A stretch of DNA of 64,000 nucleotides, taken from positions 127,445,737-127,509,736 of the forward strand of contig NC_068984.1 in NCBI RefSeq assembly GCF_001194135.2, read 5' to 3'. This DNA comes from Octopus bimaculoides. Lineage: Eukaryota. The notes under the pieces were generated by a model. It made no database searches. It worked only from the letters and a program-made list of their open reading frames with translations, and was not told the origin of the DNA. Positions 1-13,830 of this stretch are shown here, in pieces. The translations under genes and the position numbers were made by a program. The first letter of the stretch is position 1; each line of letters opens with the position of its first letter.

Positions 1-236
1 GGCACATAAAAGACACCATTTCGAGCGTGGCCGTTTTCGTGCGGGTGACACGTAAAAGCACCCACTACACTCTCTGAGTGGTTGGCGTTAGGAAGGGCAT
101 CCAGCTGTAGAAACTCTGCCAAATCAGACTGGAGCCTGGTGTTGCCATCCGGTTTCACCAGCCCTCAGTCAAATCGTCCAACCCATGCTAGCATGGAAAG
201 CGGACGTTAAACGATGATGATGATGATGATGATGAT
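1..236 (+). mobile_element. Family A: young RTE-LINE-type 3' tail element, 5' end cut by the window edge
   Basis: TTGGCGTTAGGAAGGGCATCCAGCTGTAGAAA...CATGCTAGCATGGAAAGCGGACGTTAAAC followed by a (GAT)n tail; near-identical reverse copies at 31438, 36632 and 61516; CpGs retained. Confidence 0.85.
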
Positions 237-788
237 TTGAATGACTATTTTTCCATGCTTACATAGAGTAAACAGGATTTCTTGAATCAGATTTTCTATG
301 CTCTTTTCCTGTCACCAAACCTCACTGATTTCCAAGTAAGATAATATTTTCCTATAGCCGAGACATGTTTCTGAGAAAGTTTCCCTTGGCTATATATAAG
401 GATCCCTACCAGGGGCCCTATTATCGATTTTTTTTCAACAATCTGAATACGTCATGAGGTTTCCAGACATGAAATACCCATGTAGTTTGTGCTAAATAAC
501 TGTCCAGTTGGTCCTGCTTATACATATTTATAATAAGCCAAAAGGTTCATGATCAGAAGATACGCCATAAAGCTAAGCACTTTATGGATGTGAAACCCAG
601 GGTAATCTCATAAACAGGTCTTATCTAACTTTATTTATATAATATACTGCTCTATAACTTAGAGAGTGCTTTTGTTTGGGATTTATGTTTTGCCAATAAT
701 CCATCTTGCTCCCTGACCAGAGTGTTTTACAAAGACCATGTGGTTTGTGCTAAATAGCAGGTCATGCTTATACATATTTACAGAAACC

Positions 789-792
<4 letters not shown>

Positions 793-855
<63 letters not shown>
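793..855. repeat. (GT)n microsatellite
   Basis: Direct sequence; explains the poly-CV ORFs. Confidence 0.99.
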
Positions 856-860
<5 letters not shown>

Positions 861-1942
861 TATATACACTTATACAAATAAAATACCTTTTACAGCTACC
901 AATCTATTCAATCAAATTCTCAATAACATATTGTTTATGCAAATCTCACCAATTTTCACAACTATTCTTCTAACATATTAAAACCTAACACCACCATGTT
1001 TCAAGTCTAAACCCATTCATGAATGCAGAATTCAGACAAATATTTTGCCAGTAAAGTGTGCTTATTTTCTAATCATGTTCAATCTCAAAGTCTATATGTC
1101 TGCTCCAATTGTTTCTATACATCTATTTGCTCTCTTTGACCCCACAGTTAAAGAATAATAGAAACTTGTACATAATAGATGAGCACTTCATTGTATCATA
1201 TTAAATGATATTGAGTTGCAGATGCAATGAAAAATATAATCATCTGATAATTCAATAACCCAAATTGCAACAATTGTAGAAAACTAATAACAACAGTTTC
1301 TGATTATGAAAAAAAAAATCTACATTATTTAGAAATGATTTAATTATATATGATGTTGGATGGGAAAACTAAGTAGAATAATTTTCATCAAACTTTACAT
1401 TAAAAAGCAAGTAAATATAGTAAATATGCATTTTACCTCGATGGAAAAGTCTCTGTCAACACTGTATCGTGTTCGTAAATATTTCCTGAAAAATATTAAA
1501 TTAAATCCATTTCAGATGAATTTATCTCACATATTTCATAATGTAGAAAAGCCTGTGAATTAAGCTCCAAATTTATAATTACACTAATTTATTACAAAAA
1601 TATTTTTCAAGAAAACTTCACTGCTTTCTGTTGAGTGTACTGGTTTTTATACATCCAAATGTATTATAGATATCTTCAGTTTTACATCTGAATATTCTGC
1701 TTATGTCAACTTCTATGCACAACTATTAATTATTTAAATACACAAATTTACAAAATACTTGTACATTTCTAACTGTAGCACTTTAAAAATTATTTTTAGC
1801 TTTAGAAAATATTTAACTCTCATATATTTAACTTTCATTAAACATTACTGTAATACAAACAAAAACATTATATATTATTTCTTAAAAAAAAGGCATGCAT
1901 CTTGTTAATTATGCAGGTATGAATAAATTTTATATATAATAA

Positions 1943-2420
<478 letters not shown>

Positions 2421-2644
2421 TACATATATATATAAATATATATATATATGTCATCCAGCAGTATGTAGGAGGGAACCAAGTCAAAGCTCTCTGATTGGCT
2501 CAGTAGGTGCAGTAGTGATTCTTGCACTGACATGTCTGTCTGAGTTTCATGTAAAGAATGATGAGATTTAATAGGTCAAAACATTTCTCTGTTCAGTAAT
2601 TCCACATATGTTCTTGACAATTATCTTTCATCATTGTACTATTC

Positions 2645-3307
2645 GGATCTTGTTCAAAACGGGGGCACCAGTATTTTTTTACGAAACACTTTCAAACTTG
2701 GGACACTGGTAGAATGTGTCATATAAAACATCTTTTTCTCTTAGTCTTCTTAACAAAAAAACGTGCATCGCAAGTTATTTCATGTTAAAGTTGTCGTATT
2801 TCTGTAATTTCAACCAATGACTGATGTCCATTCAGCCGTAAAAATTAAGTGCTGACTACGTAAACAAACGAATCTCGGCGGTGATAAAATTATTATTTCC
2901 TTGTCAAAAAATGGCTGAAGCATATTGGCAGTAGCTAATAAACCTTTCTATTATAGGCACAAGGCATGGTTTTTGAGGGAAGGAGCAAGTCAATTAGGGT
3001 TAGGGTTAGGGAAAACGAACACACGTGTGTTGCCTCTGCAAAATGTCAGAAGTAATGGAGATTAAATACGCTTTACACCGCTTAAAGTGCCAAAGGAGTA
3101 ACTTGTAAACAGTTGAATACTTGTCAATGATTGGTTGAAATTATCGAAATAAGACAATTTTTTACATGAAATAAATCCGAATACAAAAATTTTTTTCTGT
3201 TCTATAACACAAAATAGATAAGTATACGAAGTTTGAAAGTCTTTCGGTACCAAAAACACTACATAAAACATTAATGAAAACTGGTGCCCCCGTTTTGAAC
3301 AAGATCC
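2645..3307. mobile_element. Non-autonomous TIR element (MITE), 663 bp, Merlin-like
   Basis: Perfect 28-bp TIR GGATCTTGTTCAAAACGGGGGCACCAGT (2645-2672 / 3280-3307); perfect 8-bp TSD TACTATTC (2637-2644 / 3308-3315); imperfect subterminal inverted repeats. Superfamily inferred from GG termini plus 8-bp TSD. Confidence 0.9.
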
Positions 3308-3529
3308 TACTATTCTTTGTAGTTATTTTTTTAAAACCAAAATGACAGACATCAATCTTCAAATGACCCGACATTAATCAGAGGAAGGTGGTGGCTGTGG
3401 TGGTAGTGTATGTATATTCACAAACACAGAGGATAGATTGACAGAGATGTGTGTATGTATCCTCAATAATATATATCTTTAACCCATGATAGCATGGAAA
3501 AACAGACATAAAATGAAAAAAGAAATTAT

Positions 3530-3563
3530 ACATACATACATGCATACATACATACATACATAC

Positions 3564-3650
<87 letters not shown>

Positions 3651-3815
3651 NNNNNNNNNNNNNNNNNNNNNNNNNNNNNNNNNNNNNNNNNNNNNNNNNN
3701 NNNNNNNNNNNNNNNNNNNNNNNNNNNNNNNNNNNNNNNNNNNNNNNNNNNNNNNNNNNNNNNNNNNNNNNNNNNNNNNNNNNNNNNNNNNNNNNNNNNN
3801 NNNNNNNNNNNNNNN

Positions 3816-3873
<58 letters not shown>

Positions 3874-3931
3874 AGTAAAATTTTTTGCTGTTATTTTTGG
3901 GATTTACAATTTATATATATATAGATAGGTC

Positions 3932-3982
<51 letters not shown>
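3530..3982. repeat. Compound microsatellite (TACA)n-(TA)n-(GA)n spanning an N-gap (3651-3815), then (GATA)n
   Basis: Direct sequence. Confidence 0.97.
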
Positions 3983-3983
<1 letters not shown>

Positions 3984-4158
3984 TGCTTATATGTGTCTGT
4001 GTACCCAAATCACCTCTGATCAAGAAGATCTATGATCAAAAGCATTGCAACTGTGATCATCTCATCTTCTAAGGATGGCTAAGATTATGATCTAATATGT
4101 TCTCTTGTCAAGACAAAGGAGGCTCCTTTGTGAGTGTGTGTGTGTGCATGCGTACATG

Positions 4159-4194
<36 letters not shown>

Positions 4195-7088
4195 ATGCGT
4201 GCATGCAAAGTAGATGTGATATCAATTTACCAGTACAGTTTTGTGAAAACAGTATGAAGAAGAGGGTGGTTGTGGTGAGGTTTATATATGAATTTCATAT
4301 ATGATGTACTTTAGTTACTTTCATTCTGTCCCATATTTACAGAACTATAAGATAATTCCTGAATCTCACTTTAGTTCAGACAATTTAAAAGCAAGGTGTC
4401 CAATGGAAATTACAACAGCTATTTATAACATTTTACTAAGAATTAATTTATTTGTGAAACTGTATGAAACGAAATCAATAATTAATCCCATTAAAACAGC
4501 AAATGATAATGGACAGAGCTTTTTTTTTTTTTAATCTGTCTAGAAAAACTAGTTGAACATGTAAAAATACATATCAATATGACTCTGAATATTTTGTTTA
4601 GTCATGGAAATTAACAGTTAGTTCACATATCTATTATACATGTTGTAATATATGCATAGAAATTCTTTTTAAAGTCATGTCTAGATGAAATAGCTATTGT
4701 CTAGTGTAGCAATGCACCAAATTGTGGAATTTCAAACTCTAACATGGGAGCTTCTGCAAGGTTAAAAGAAAAGTAGCCAAATTGTCTTCAAATCACAACT
4801 TAGCCTGTTAGGGGGAATGAAAAAATGACACATTAGATAATGTAGTTACAGATACATAAAAAGAAAAGATCCTCAAAGTCAGAATGTCTTTGATGAAAGG
4901 TCCTAGTGAATCTTGGCTGATATAAAGTTAAAAACAAGAGCAACTTAATATTCTGAATTTTTTTATTAAACGAGTGGTTAATGATTCTTTTTTTTTTTTA
5001 CAAGTTAAAAGAGGAAAAGGGTCCATAGTCTCTTTAAACCATCCTAAGTTGGGGAGATTGATGTTGATGATGTAGTTCAGTATTGACATCTTTAGGTTAA
5101 TGTCTGCAGGAAAGATAAGTGAGAAGGAATTTCTAGATAATTGAAATTTTACCTCAGTAAAATGTTGTCGTTAGGAATGGGAGAAGTTTCTCTCCCTCTC
5201 TGTACATGTATGCATGTTCCCCATCAAGCAAAACCATACTATACATGTCAGCAGTCACACTGAGGACTTTGTAGAGAGTCAACAACTGACCATGGCTGAT
5301 TCAGAGAAGAAAAGTTTATTTAAATGATGCAGATTTGGTAATGTTATATAATGTGCAATCAACATGAAAGATCATCAGAAGATTGGAAATGTTAGTAATC
5401 TGCAGCAGCCATGAGGATTTCAGTTGTATGCTTCCTATATATATATATAGGGAGAGTATAATGTAAAATTGTTTACTTGATATGTGTAACAGTTGTGTCT
5501 AAGTACTAATAAAAGAGACTATGATGTCTTGTCTCTGTTGGAAGCTGTTTCAAAGGTCTCTAGTCATAGAAATAGTGCAAGTCTGGCATGGCATGAGGCA
5601 TCTAGGTTCTGCATAGATGATGTAGAATGTTAAGAAGAACTAAAATGATAGTATCATCTGTATTGGAATATACATAATTAGAAGAATTGGGTCAATAATG
5701 TACCAAAGGAAGTTTGGTATATATTACTGACTCCAGGGTTGATAAAATATGGTTCAGAGGGAATTCCATCAGCTCATGCTACAATGATACAGTCTGACAG
5801 GAAACATCTGATATGAAAGACAGAACTTATCTTTGATATTCTTATTGCCAACAGAGGTGAAGACTTTGTCAATGATAAGAGGATACAGAAATGTGTGTTA
5901 CATAGACAAGTTGAGTAAAAAGACAGGTAAATTGAGTGATATAAAGACGACGGAAAGAGAGATTGGAGTTTTGGGCGAGAATAGGAGGTAGCTATTTGAA
6001 GTCAACTAATTAGTTGACTTATTGAGTTAAAGCTATTGAAGTTTACATGTGTGTCAATTTTGTGCTTATGATGGTGTTGAAGTAAGAGAAAGTAAAACGC
6101 AAAAGTCTAAGGAAAATAAACAGCAATTTTTGTTGGTAAAAACCAATTACTGCTCACAAAATAAAATAATTTTTGATGTAGTGAGGTAGGAAGGAACATT
6201 ACTGATTCTATCAAGGTCTTTTGTGTCTGAAACAGAATTTCTTCTAGTTACAACATAGTTTTCTTCTCTTATATGCACAATAGGGACCTGAGGTTGGTAC
6301 AAGAATAGTAAATCATCACATTTATTTAAGTGTTGAATCATTTTATAAAATTATGAATCAATAGAGCTAGTCATATTTGTTACTTATTTTTATCTACATA
6401 CTGTTCAAAAGCTAAAAGCAAAAGTAAAATTCACATTTATAGAGGGTCATAATGGTCATCTGTGAGATATTTTAATGTTTATGATAGAATTTAATCACAG
6501 TACATTATTGTTAGTTGGTATGTACTACACTGTGTGTGTAGAGAGAGAAAGAAATAGGATGAGAGATTTATGCTATACGAAACATTATGAATATTCTTTA
6601 GTCTATAAACACTCTCACTATGTACTAAAATCATATCATAATTTATTCTTGGAGATAATTGCACAGGTTATCAATGTTTTATGCTTTAGATAACTTAAAA
6701 TATGTACTTTTCTTTTAATATTCAGAATATATAGAGAACAATGGAAGCATGTCTGAATAGTTTCTCCTATTGTATCTATCACTAAAAAACATTAAAAAAA
6801 AATCAATAGTCTGTAAAAATCTTGACAGTAAATGGAATGATATGCTACAGTAAAGCAAATAGCCAAAGTAGTATTTTTTCATCAATGATGGATAGTAATA
6901 TCCATAGTAATTTATAGTAATTCTTCAACATAGTCATTCTGCAATAGCTCAATATGTTTATGAAGAGAGTAGCCTCAGAGGAAAATTCAAATTGAGTTCA
7001 TGTAATTCCTAAAATCTCTGAAGACCAAATCTCTTGGTAAATTATGTAAAATATTGTCTCTATTTCCAATTAGCTTCCTTGTGTTACC

Positions 7089-7115
7089 ATAATAATAATA
7101 ATGATAATAATGATG

Positions 7116-7185
<70 letters not shown>
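7089..7185. repeat. (AAT)n microsatellite
   Basis: Direct sequence; explains the poly-Y ORF. Confidence 0.99.
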
Positions 7186-7187
<2 letters not shown>

Positions 7188-8291
7188 GTTTCCAACTATT
7201 GTAAACAATCTTAATGAATTAGTATAAAAGGAAATAGGATTCTATTGCGATTACACAGAAGACCTTCAACAACAAAATACCAAACAGCTTTCTTTTTTTC
7301 TGAAACAGGTAATATGGCACAAAGTTTTGCAAGAAATTTTAATAATTTTAATCCTTTTATAGTGTCTCAGATTGAAGAAACAATTTCCACCAGACAGTTG
7401 ACAAGAGATAATCAAATGAAAAGGATGTACTTTTGCTTGCAATACTTAGTATGTGTTACTTCAATTGTCTAATTGAATTTAGATAGAATCAGGAGAAAAT
7501 GTTAAACATGAATAAATCTCTTTCAGGTTTGATATTGAAAGGAGAATTAGCTGAAGCAGTGACACAGCTAGAATATGATATAGTGATATACATTAACAAT
7601 TCATCCGCAGATAGTGACAACAGCTGCAAATATAGTGCAGCATAAAGAGAGGGAAAAAATCAATTTCTTGTTAAGTGAGCATTTTACATATCACAAAAGT
7701 TTCTAAAGAAATCAATGACATTAAAAATATTATATATCACACATTTCCTAATAAATCTAAAAATATATAAGATGGAATTCAAGTAACATATTTTATTTCA
7801 GTCAAAACAAATTATAAATATTTATCCTTGAATCACTTCAGAGTAGGTGTTCATAACATTAACTACTTACTACTTTTGAAAACAGACTTTGTTGTGCTAA
7901 GTAAAAAGTAAGAAAGCTTAAAAATTATTCCTGTGACACTTCACATCTGAGAGAAACATAGATAAGAAAGTGTTAATACAGTTTCTCTGAGGATAGGTGT
8001 TAAGAAATATGAAGTGAAGTCGAAATATTAGACAGGACAATAGTTGCTAACATCTACAGAAAAATCTATTCAAATATAATATTTGTCAAAGAAAAAAAAA
8101 TTGTCAGTTTATAACTGCAATAAGCACATGATTTTGCAAATTTCTTCATCCTAGCTAAATTATTAGAATGGGCTTGCATGCATTAATTTAAACTCTTTTT
8201 ATTTATAATGTCATTATTTCTTTCCACGTAAACTGATATCTGATTGTTCAAAGAAAACTTCAAAAGTAACTAATAGCAACATCTCTTGAAA

Positions 8292-9367
8292 ATGCATAAA
8301 ATTGGTATTGTGCTGTTATCAAGCACCTGCAGAAAAAGGATTTAGACCCCAAGGACATTCATGTTGACATAGTTGCTACATTAGGGGATGATGCTCCAGC
8401 TCTATGAACAATGCAAAACTGAATTTAGAAGGGGAAAAGAGTGTCTTGAAGATGACGCGAGGTTTGGATGTCCTGCAACTGCCACCACCAATGAAAACAT
8501 TGATTATGTACACCACATGGTGATGGAGGACAGGTAATTGACTATAAATCAAATAGCCAATACTATTAGAATACCCCAAGAGGGAGTTGAAGATATTTTG
8601 TACTATGCTCAGTGTATGCCATGTCTTCTGACACCTGATCAAAAGTGCAACAGACTAATCACATCACAGAAAAATCTGACATTGTTTGAGGCAGATCCAG
8701 CTGGTTTCCTTGAACATTCCCTAAGCCAGGATCAGTGCTGGGTTTATCACTATGAACCAGAGACAAAGAGACAATCCATGCAGTAGAAACTACCCTCCTC
8801 ACCTGCTCCAAAGAAAGCCAAGGTCGTTTTATCTACAGAGAAGGTGATGGCTTCAATTTTGGGAGAAGCAAAAAAGTATTGCGTTTATTGACTATCTTCA
8901 AAAGGACTGCACCATCAATGGAGATTATTATGCCGACTTGCTGAGGCAGTTACGAAGGGTTATCAAGACACCCAGGAATTCTGATGAAAGGGATCTTGTT
9001 TCATCAGAACAATACTCCAGCACACAAGTCCTTGGCTTCAGTGGCTGTTGTGTGTGACTGTGGCTCTGAACTGGCTGATCAACCTCCCTATTCTCCTGAT
9101 TTCACCCCATCTGACTATCATCTGTTCCCCAACATGATTAATCACTAGGCTGGGAACTTGTATCACAGTGATTATGAAGTCATATCTGCTGTTGATGACC
9201 TTTTTGACCAACAGGATAAAAGCTTCTGCACCAATGGGATCCAAGTACTGCAACGCTAATGGAAGAAGTGTGTGGATCACAAAGGGGACTATGTTAAAAA
9301 ATAGACAATGTGATCACATTCCATGAGAGTATCTTGGTCAGTCTATGAACTTTTTAGCTAACCCTCA
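8292..9367 (+). mobile_element. Decayed mariner (DD34D-type) transposon, nearly full-length transposase pseudogene
   Basis: ATG at 8292; fragments read SQDQCWVYHYEPETKRQSMQ, HQN(D)N.PAH and PPYSPDF.PSDYHLFP with stops and frameshifts; right-end TIR-like CTTGGTCAGTCTATGAACTTTTTAGCTAACCCTCA then TA; left TIR not recognisable. Confidence 0.9.
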
Positions 9368-11559
9368 TATAATATTATCTTCACAGTTGTCATATATTAG
9401 CTTCTTCAGAAAATTAAATTCTGACAGGCTTGTGAATATTTCTAAAATCCCTCATCTAATCATTAAATGCAGCTACAAATCCTTTAAATTTCATAATAGT
9501 ATAATAACGGTGATTTCTTAATGAATCACATGAAGAAGAGTAAATTTAGAATCTGTGAGTATTGCTAAGTGAATCTGTTTCAAGTAAAAAAGGAAACCAA
9601 ATTGTGAATTATTTCTGCTGTAAATCTATCTCCATCCCAAAAGACTTTCTACAGAGCAAAAAATAACAAACTAGCACTGGATGATGTTCCAGCATCGCTA
9701 GTACCTAAATGGTTCAAGGCAAACTAAGATCCTAAATGTTGGTCTTGGAATAGAATATTTCATAGAACTACCTAAATGGAAGACTCTCCTTAATATTAGG
9801 TTATTTTACTCTAATATTATATATTTTAGCCAATTTTTCATCAATAGAATTTCATTTTTCTGGAATTTTGTTTGCTCACATCTTCAAATTACACATTATT
9901 AACACATTAATTTGAACTAATCAAATAAGTTGTAAATGTAACAACTTATCTAATATATATATATAACATTAATACACATAAAACAGAATGAAAATAATTT
10001 TACTGTATTTAAAACACAAATATTTGCCATATAATATGATAGGACAACTTTATGACACGTTTCACAAACTTAATGGCTCACACATCAGATGGAAGCATAG
10101 TCATCACATAATTTGTTTAAAATAATGTGATACTATTGCTACTACCAAACAAACTGTGATCATAGGTGCAGGTCTGATGAATTTTATCAAAGTCAAACAA
10201 CATTAATCTTAAAACTACAAAAGTAAATTGTGTCCCCAGGGTCTAACAACTATATTTAGGGTTCCCCCACCTTTCATTATAATTATTGGCACAAGACTAA
10301 ATATATTTTAAGTGTATTAATATTTAATAAACAGTAAATGTACTTTCAAAGAGTGAAACATTTGAAAAACATACTGTATGATATTTCTATTTAATTTTAT
10401 ATAATCAATAACTGTACTAACCCTACCTCCCTAGGTACCCACACCCACCACCAACACTACAACCATCACTACTACTATCACCACCACCACCAGCATTACT
10501 ATTACCCCCTGTCCCTTCTTTCCTATTTTACGTGATCTTATGATAAAAAGTAATTCATTATTAAGCTAGAATTTTGAAAGAATGGATTAAATTCCTACAT
10601 ATTAAATGTAAATTTTGACAATTGTAATACAACAGAAAACAATGCCATCTGGTGCTCATTTTCCCCTCTCTATATTCTATAAACCCAAAAGTTCATATCT
10701 ATTTTATTTATACTTCATTTAAATCAACATAACCTTTATATAAGGTTATCAAAAATCTGGGTATGTAACATTATAGAAAGCAATATCTATAGAAAACTTT
10801 AAAATGGCAACTAAATGGGTTTTTTGTACACAAAGTTTATAGTTATTGATCCAAAGAACTTCCAGAAAAATTTTCATGACATTTTGGAAGTTATATTACA
10901 TCAGATGAATATATGTCACAACCCATAAAACTACAAAGCATAACAAGCTCTCAAGTAGGTAGGTACCTCTGATAGACTGCATACATTAAATTATCTCACA
11001 AGAAATCTCTAGAAATAGTGGTATCTTATGAGAGTTGTTTAAACTGTTGATAGATATCTAAAACAGATATTACAAAAAGAAGGTAATTCTCAAGAAATTT
11101 TTTAGCAAAAAAATCATTTGTTGTTTTATTTTTCTTCTCTCTTTTTATTTTTTGGTCTAGCTTAGAAATTTCTCATAAAAAGAAAATTAAGATTTATCTT
11201 TAAAAGGCATCACTTTAAAACAATGAATTATCATATTGTTTTATTTTATTTTCTGCAACGTTTTTTTCCAAATGAAACCTTCGTTATAGTGAAATCCATA
11301 TTTTATTGTGTGGGGCTAACTAAAGTATCACGTTATCTTTATCAAAGAAGGAAACTATGTAAAAATATTGATTTCTTATTTAGACATGATGGCTGTATAT
11401 TATAAACAGAAAGAATGAAGTTCTATGAAATTATGAGTTCCTAAAGGGTATTAAGCAGCAGAAGTAATCTGATTTCAGTGTAGAATTGAAACTGTATCAT
11501 TAACTCTAGTCACTGGTAACTGACTAATTGTTCTACATCATTATCCTTATGGCAATTAC

Positions 11560-11970
11560 TAATTACTTTCTGTCTGTATCCCTATATTTTGCTCTAACCT
11601 ATCTCTCTCTTTTGTTTCCTCTCTTTTCCAGCTGGGGCAGCCATGTATCTCCTCTGCAGCAAGACACCTATTCTGTAGCCTTCTGTTATACTTTAACCTC
11701 CCAACTGGCACAAAGCTACCCACCCCCTCAATACTACTCCTCCTTCTTGTCGAATAGACTTTGTCTTGCAATATACTTGGTTAGCCCATCAATGCTGGTG
11801 CCACATAAAAATCACACCAGGCTGGTGTTAGAAAGGGTATCCAGCCATAGAGACTATACTAAAAGCAAACAATGGAGCCTGGCACAGTCCTCTGGCTTGC
11901 AAACTCCTGTCAAAGCACCCAACCCATGCCAGCATGGAAAACAGATTTTAAATGATGATGGTAATGATGA
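11560..11970 (+). mobile_element. Family F: pyrimidine-rich head + family-A tail
   Basis: Aligns by eye with the reverse copy at 41055-41500 (AGCCATGTAT.TC.TCT..GCAA.ACACC...TGGCACAAAG...CTTGCAA.T.ACTTGG) and ends in CCATGCCAGCATGGAAAAC...(GAT)n. Confidence 0.65.
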
Positions 11971-12180
11971 AAGATGTATCAATGATTTATATAATCATCA
12001 AAAGTAAGAAACAAGAAAATATTTAAGGTCCTCACTAAAAAAAAAAAAAAAAAAATCCTTCCCCCCCACCAAATGATATATATTCAGTAACTTTAACATT
12101 TATGCATATATCTATAAACAGTTTTAACTGCCATGGTTAGCATACTGCACAGACCATAACCCTAATCTCATGAATTCATT

Positions 12181-12395
12181 AGTTTCAAATTTTGGCACAA
12201 GGCCAGCAACTTCAGGGGAGGAGACAAGTTGATTACATCAACCTCAGTACTCAACTGGTACTTATTTTATCAACCCTGAAGGGATGAAAGGCAAAAGTTG
12301 ACCTCGACAGAATTGGAACTCAGAATGTAAAGCCAGACGAAATGCTGCTAAGCAGTTTGCCCAGAATGCTAACAATTCTGCCAGCTCACCATCTT
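12181..12395 (-). mobile_element. Family C tRNA-derived SINE
   Basis: Matches the family consensus AACTGGTACTTATTTTATC.ACCC.GAA.GGATGAAAGGCAAAGT.GACCTCG.CAGAATT.GAACTCAGAA. Confidence 0.85.
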
Positions 12396-13254
12396 ACTCT
12401 AAAACAATATTGATAACATTTCTAGTTAAATGGGTACTAGCATAACGTAGTGAGCCAAAAGAAATTTAAGTAATTAAATCTCATGTAGAGAGGATGAAAA
12501 AAGAAAAAAAACATTAGCTTTATCTCTAATTCTGATCAAGAAAAATAAGGGAAGTAATTCCTCTAGCTGACTTCATTAAAAATGACATCCTATCAGAAAA
12601 ATATTTTAATACATTCCCTAAAGCTGCATAAGCAAATATCCAAATATATAAAATTTATCTACACCAAACATATGTGACCACATTGTATACTCGGAATAAA
12701 TGATTGTTGGAGGAAAAGATTTCAGTTCCCAATTTAAACTGGAGAAATTGCAAAACAACCTGTCATGATCAATTTTTGTCTATGTAAATATAAAAAATAA
12801 CAATGTAATGATACAAATTCATAGGGGTAGGATAAGTTGCTATGTGACCTCAAAAGTCAAGCTGAAACAAAGAACTGACAGCTATAGATTGTAACCTAGT
12901 AATTCAAAGACAGTATTAGTATAAAAATGTATCTGTGCTGCAGGTGAGGTCAATGCAAATTTTTAAATGTAAAGATTAAATCATTGTATAACATCTGTCA
13001 CTGGACTAAATCTTTGTTTGAAAATTAAAAAAAAACACAAACTAAATTTGTACCTGAATTAAAACAAAACATTATTCAGTCAAAAGCCAATATTTTGACC
13101 AATGATAGAACAGAATAAAGTATGCATAAAGAATATTAAAAAAGCACTAATAAATAGTCCAGTCATTGCAAACTTTTATCTTTCCTTGACAATGACTAAT
13201 CAGATTGGTGATAAGATAAAATTTTGAAAGTTAGCTACCACTTGAACTAAAAAT

Positions 13255-13440
13255 CTCAGAGGTCACTTGACTTGATAGAAACAGAAGCCAAATCTGTTTC
13301 AAATCACACCAAACAGCTTTAAAGCAGGATATATAGGACAATGTAATCTCTGGTATGCAAAAAGATGGGATGGTCTAAGTTGGAACATCTTTGATTAGTG
13401 ATCTTCTTGATTAAGGCTGACAACAACTAATAGCTAAAGC
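13255..13440 (+). mobile_element. Family E short repeat (representative; other degenerate copies near 4760, 15840, 39640, 46548 on + and 4020, 55410, 56090 on -)
   Basis: Shared motifs AGAAA.AG.AGCCAAATC...TCAAATCACAC, GGA.AATGTA.TC, GATGGGATGGTC and CTTTGAT, with a CAACAAC tail. Confidence 0.65.
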
Positions 13441-13499
13441 TTTTGCATTGCAATTTGGCTACAATGTTATATCACATCAACTAATATATTAGGAGACAT

Positions 13500-13830
13500 A
13501 CTGTTGGATATGTGATTTATAGTATTTAGTATTACCTCTGGCCGATACACATGTCTGTGGCTTTTCAACAACTATCACATCTACACAATGCTGTTTGGAG
13601 GGAGCTGGCTTTTCTAATGTCACTCCAACCCAAGACCACTCAATTCACCCATCTCTTTTCCTTTCATCTTGCATATTATATCTGATCCCTCCCAAGGCCT
13701 ACATTAACCCCTATATCCAATCTTTCCTCCTTAGAAAGTCAACTCTCAGGATTTCTCACCTGGCTAATGATTTCCCTGCAGGAATTGACTTGCAGTTATT
13801 CTAGAAAAATATCAATCAAATTGGCTACAA
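13500..13830 (+). mobile_element. 3' end of a CR1/L2-like LINE (degenerate)
   Basis: Translates ...NPYIQSFLLRKSTLRISHLANDFPAGIDLQLF, resembling the SFFPRT.TLWNSLP..VFP...DLQ.FK C-terminal motif. Confidence 0.6.

Noticed and set aside
5680-5990. Possible decayed RLE-domain fragment (IQSD, LIFDI-like words)
   Set aside because: Too degenerate to align by eye
7300-7650. Plus-strand acceptors followed by short open frames (for example GLILKGELAEAVTQLEYDIV...)
   Set aside because: No convincing donor, no recognisable protein, and expected by chance
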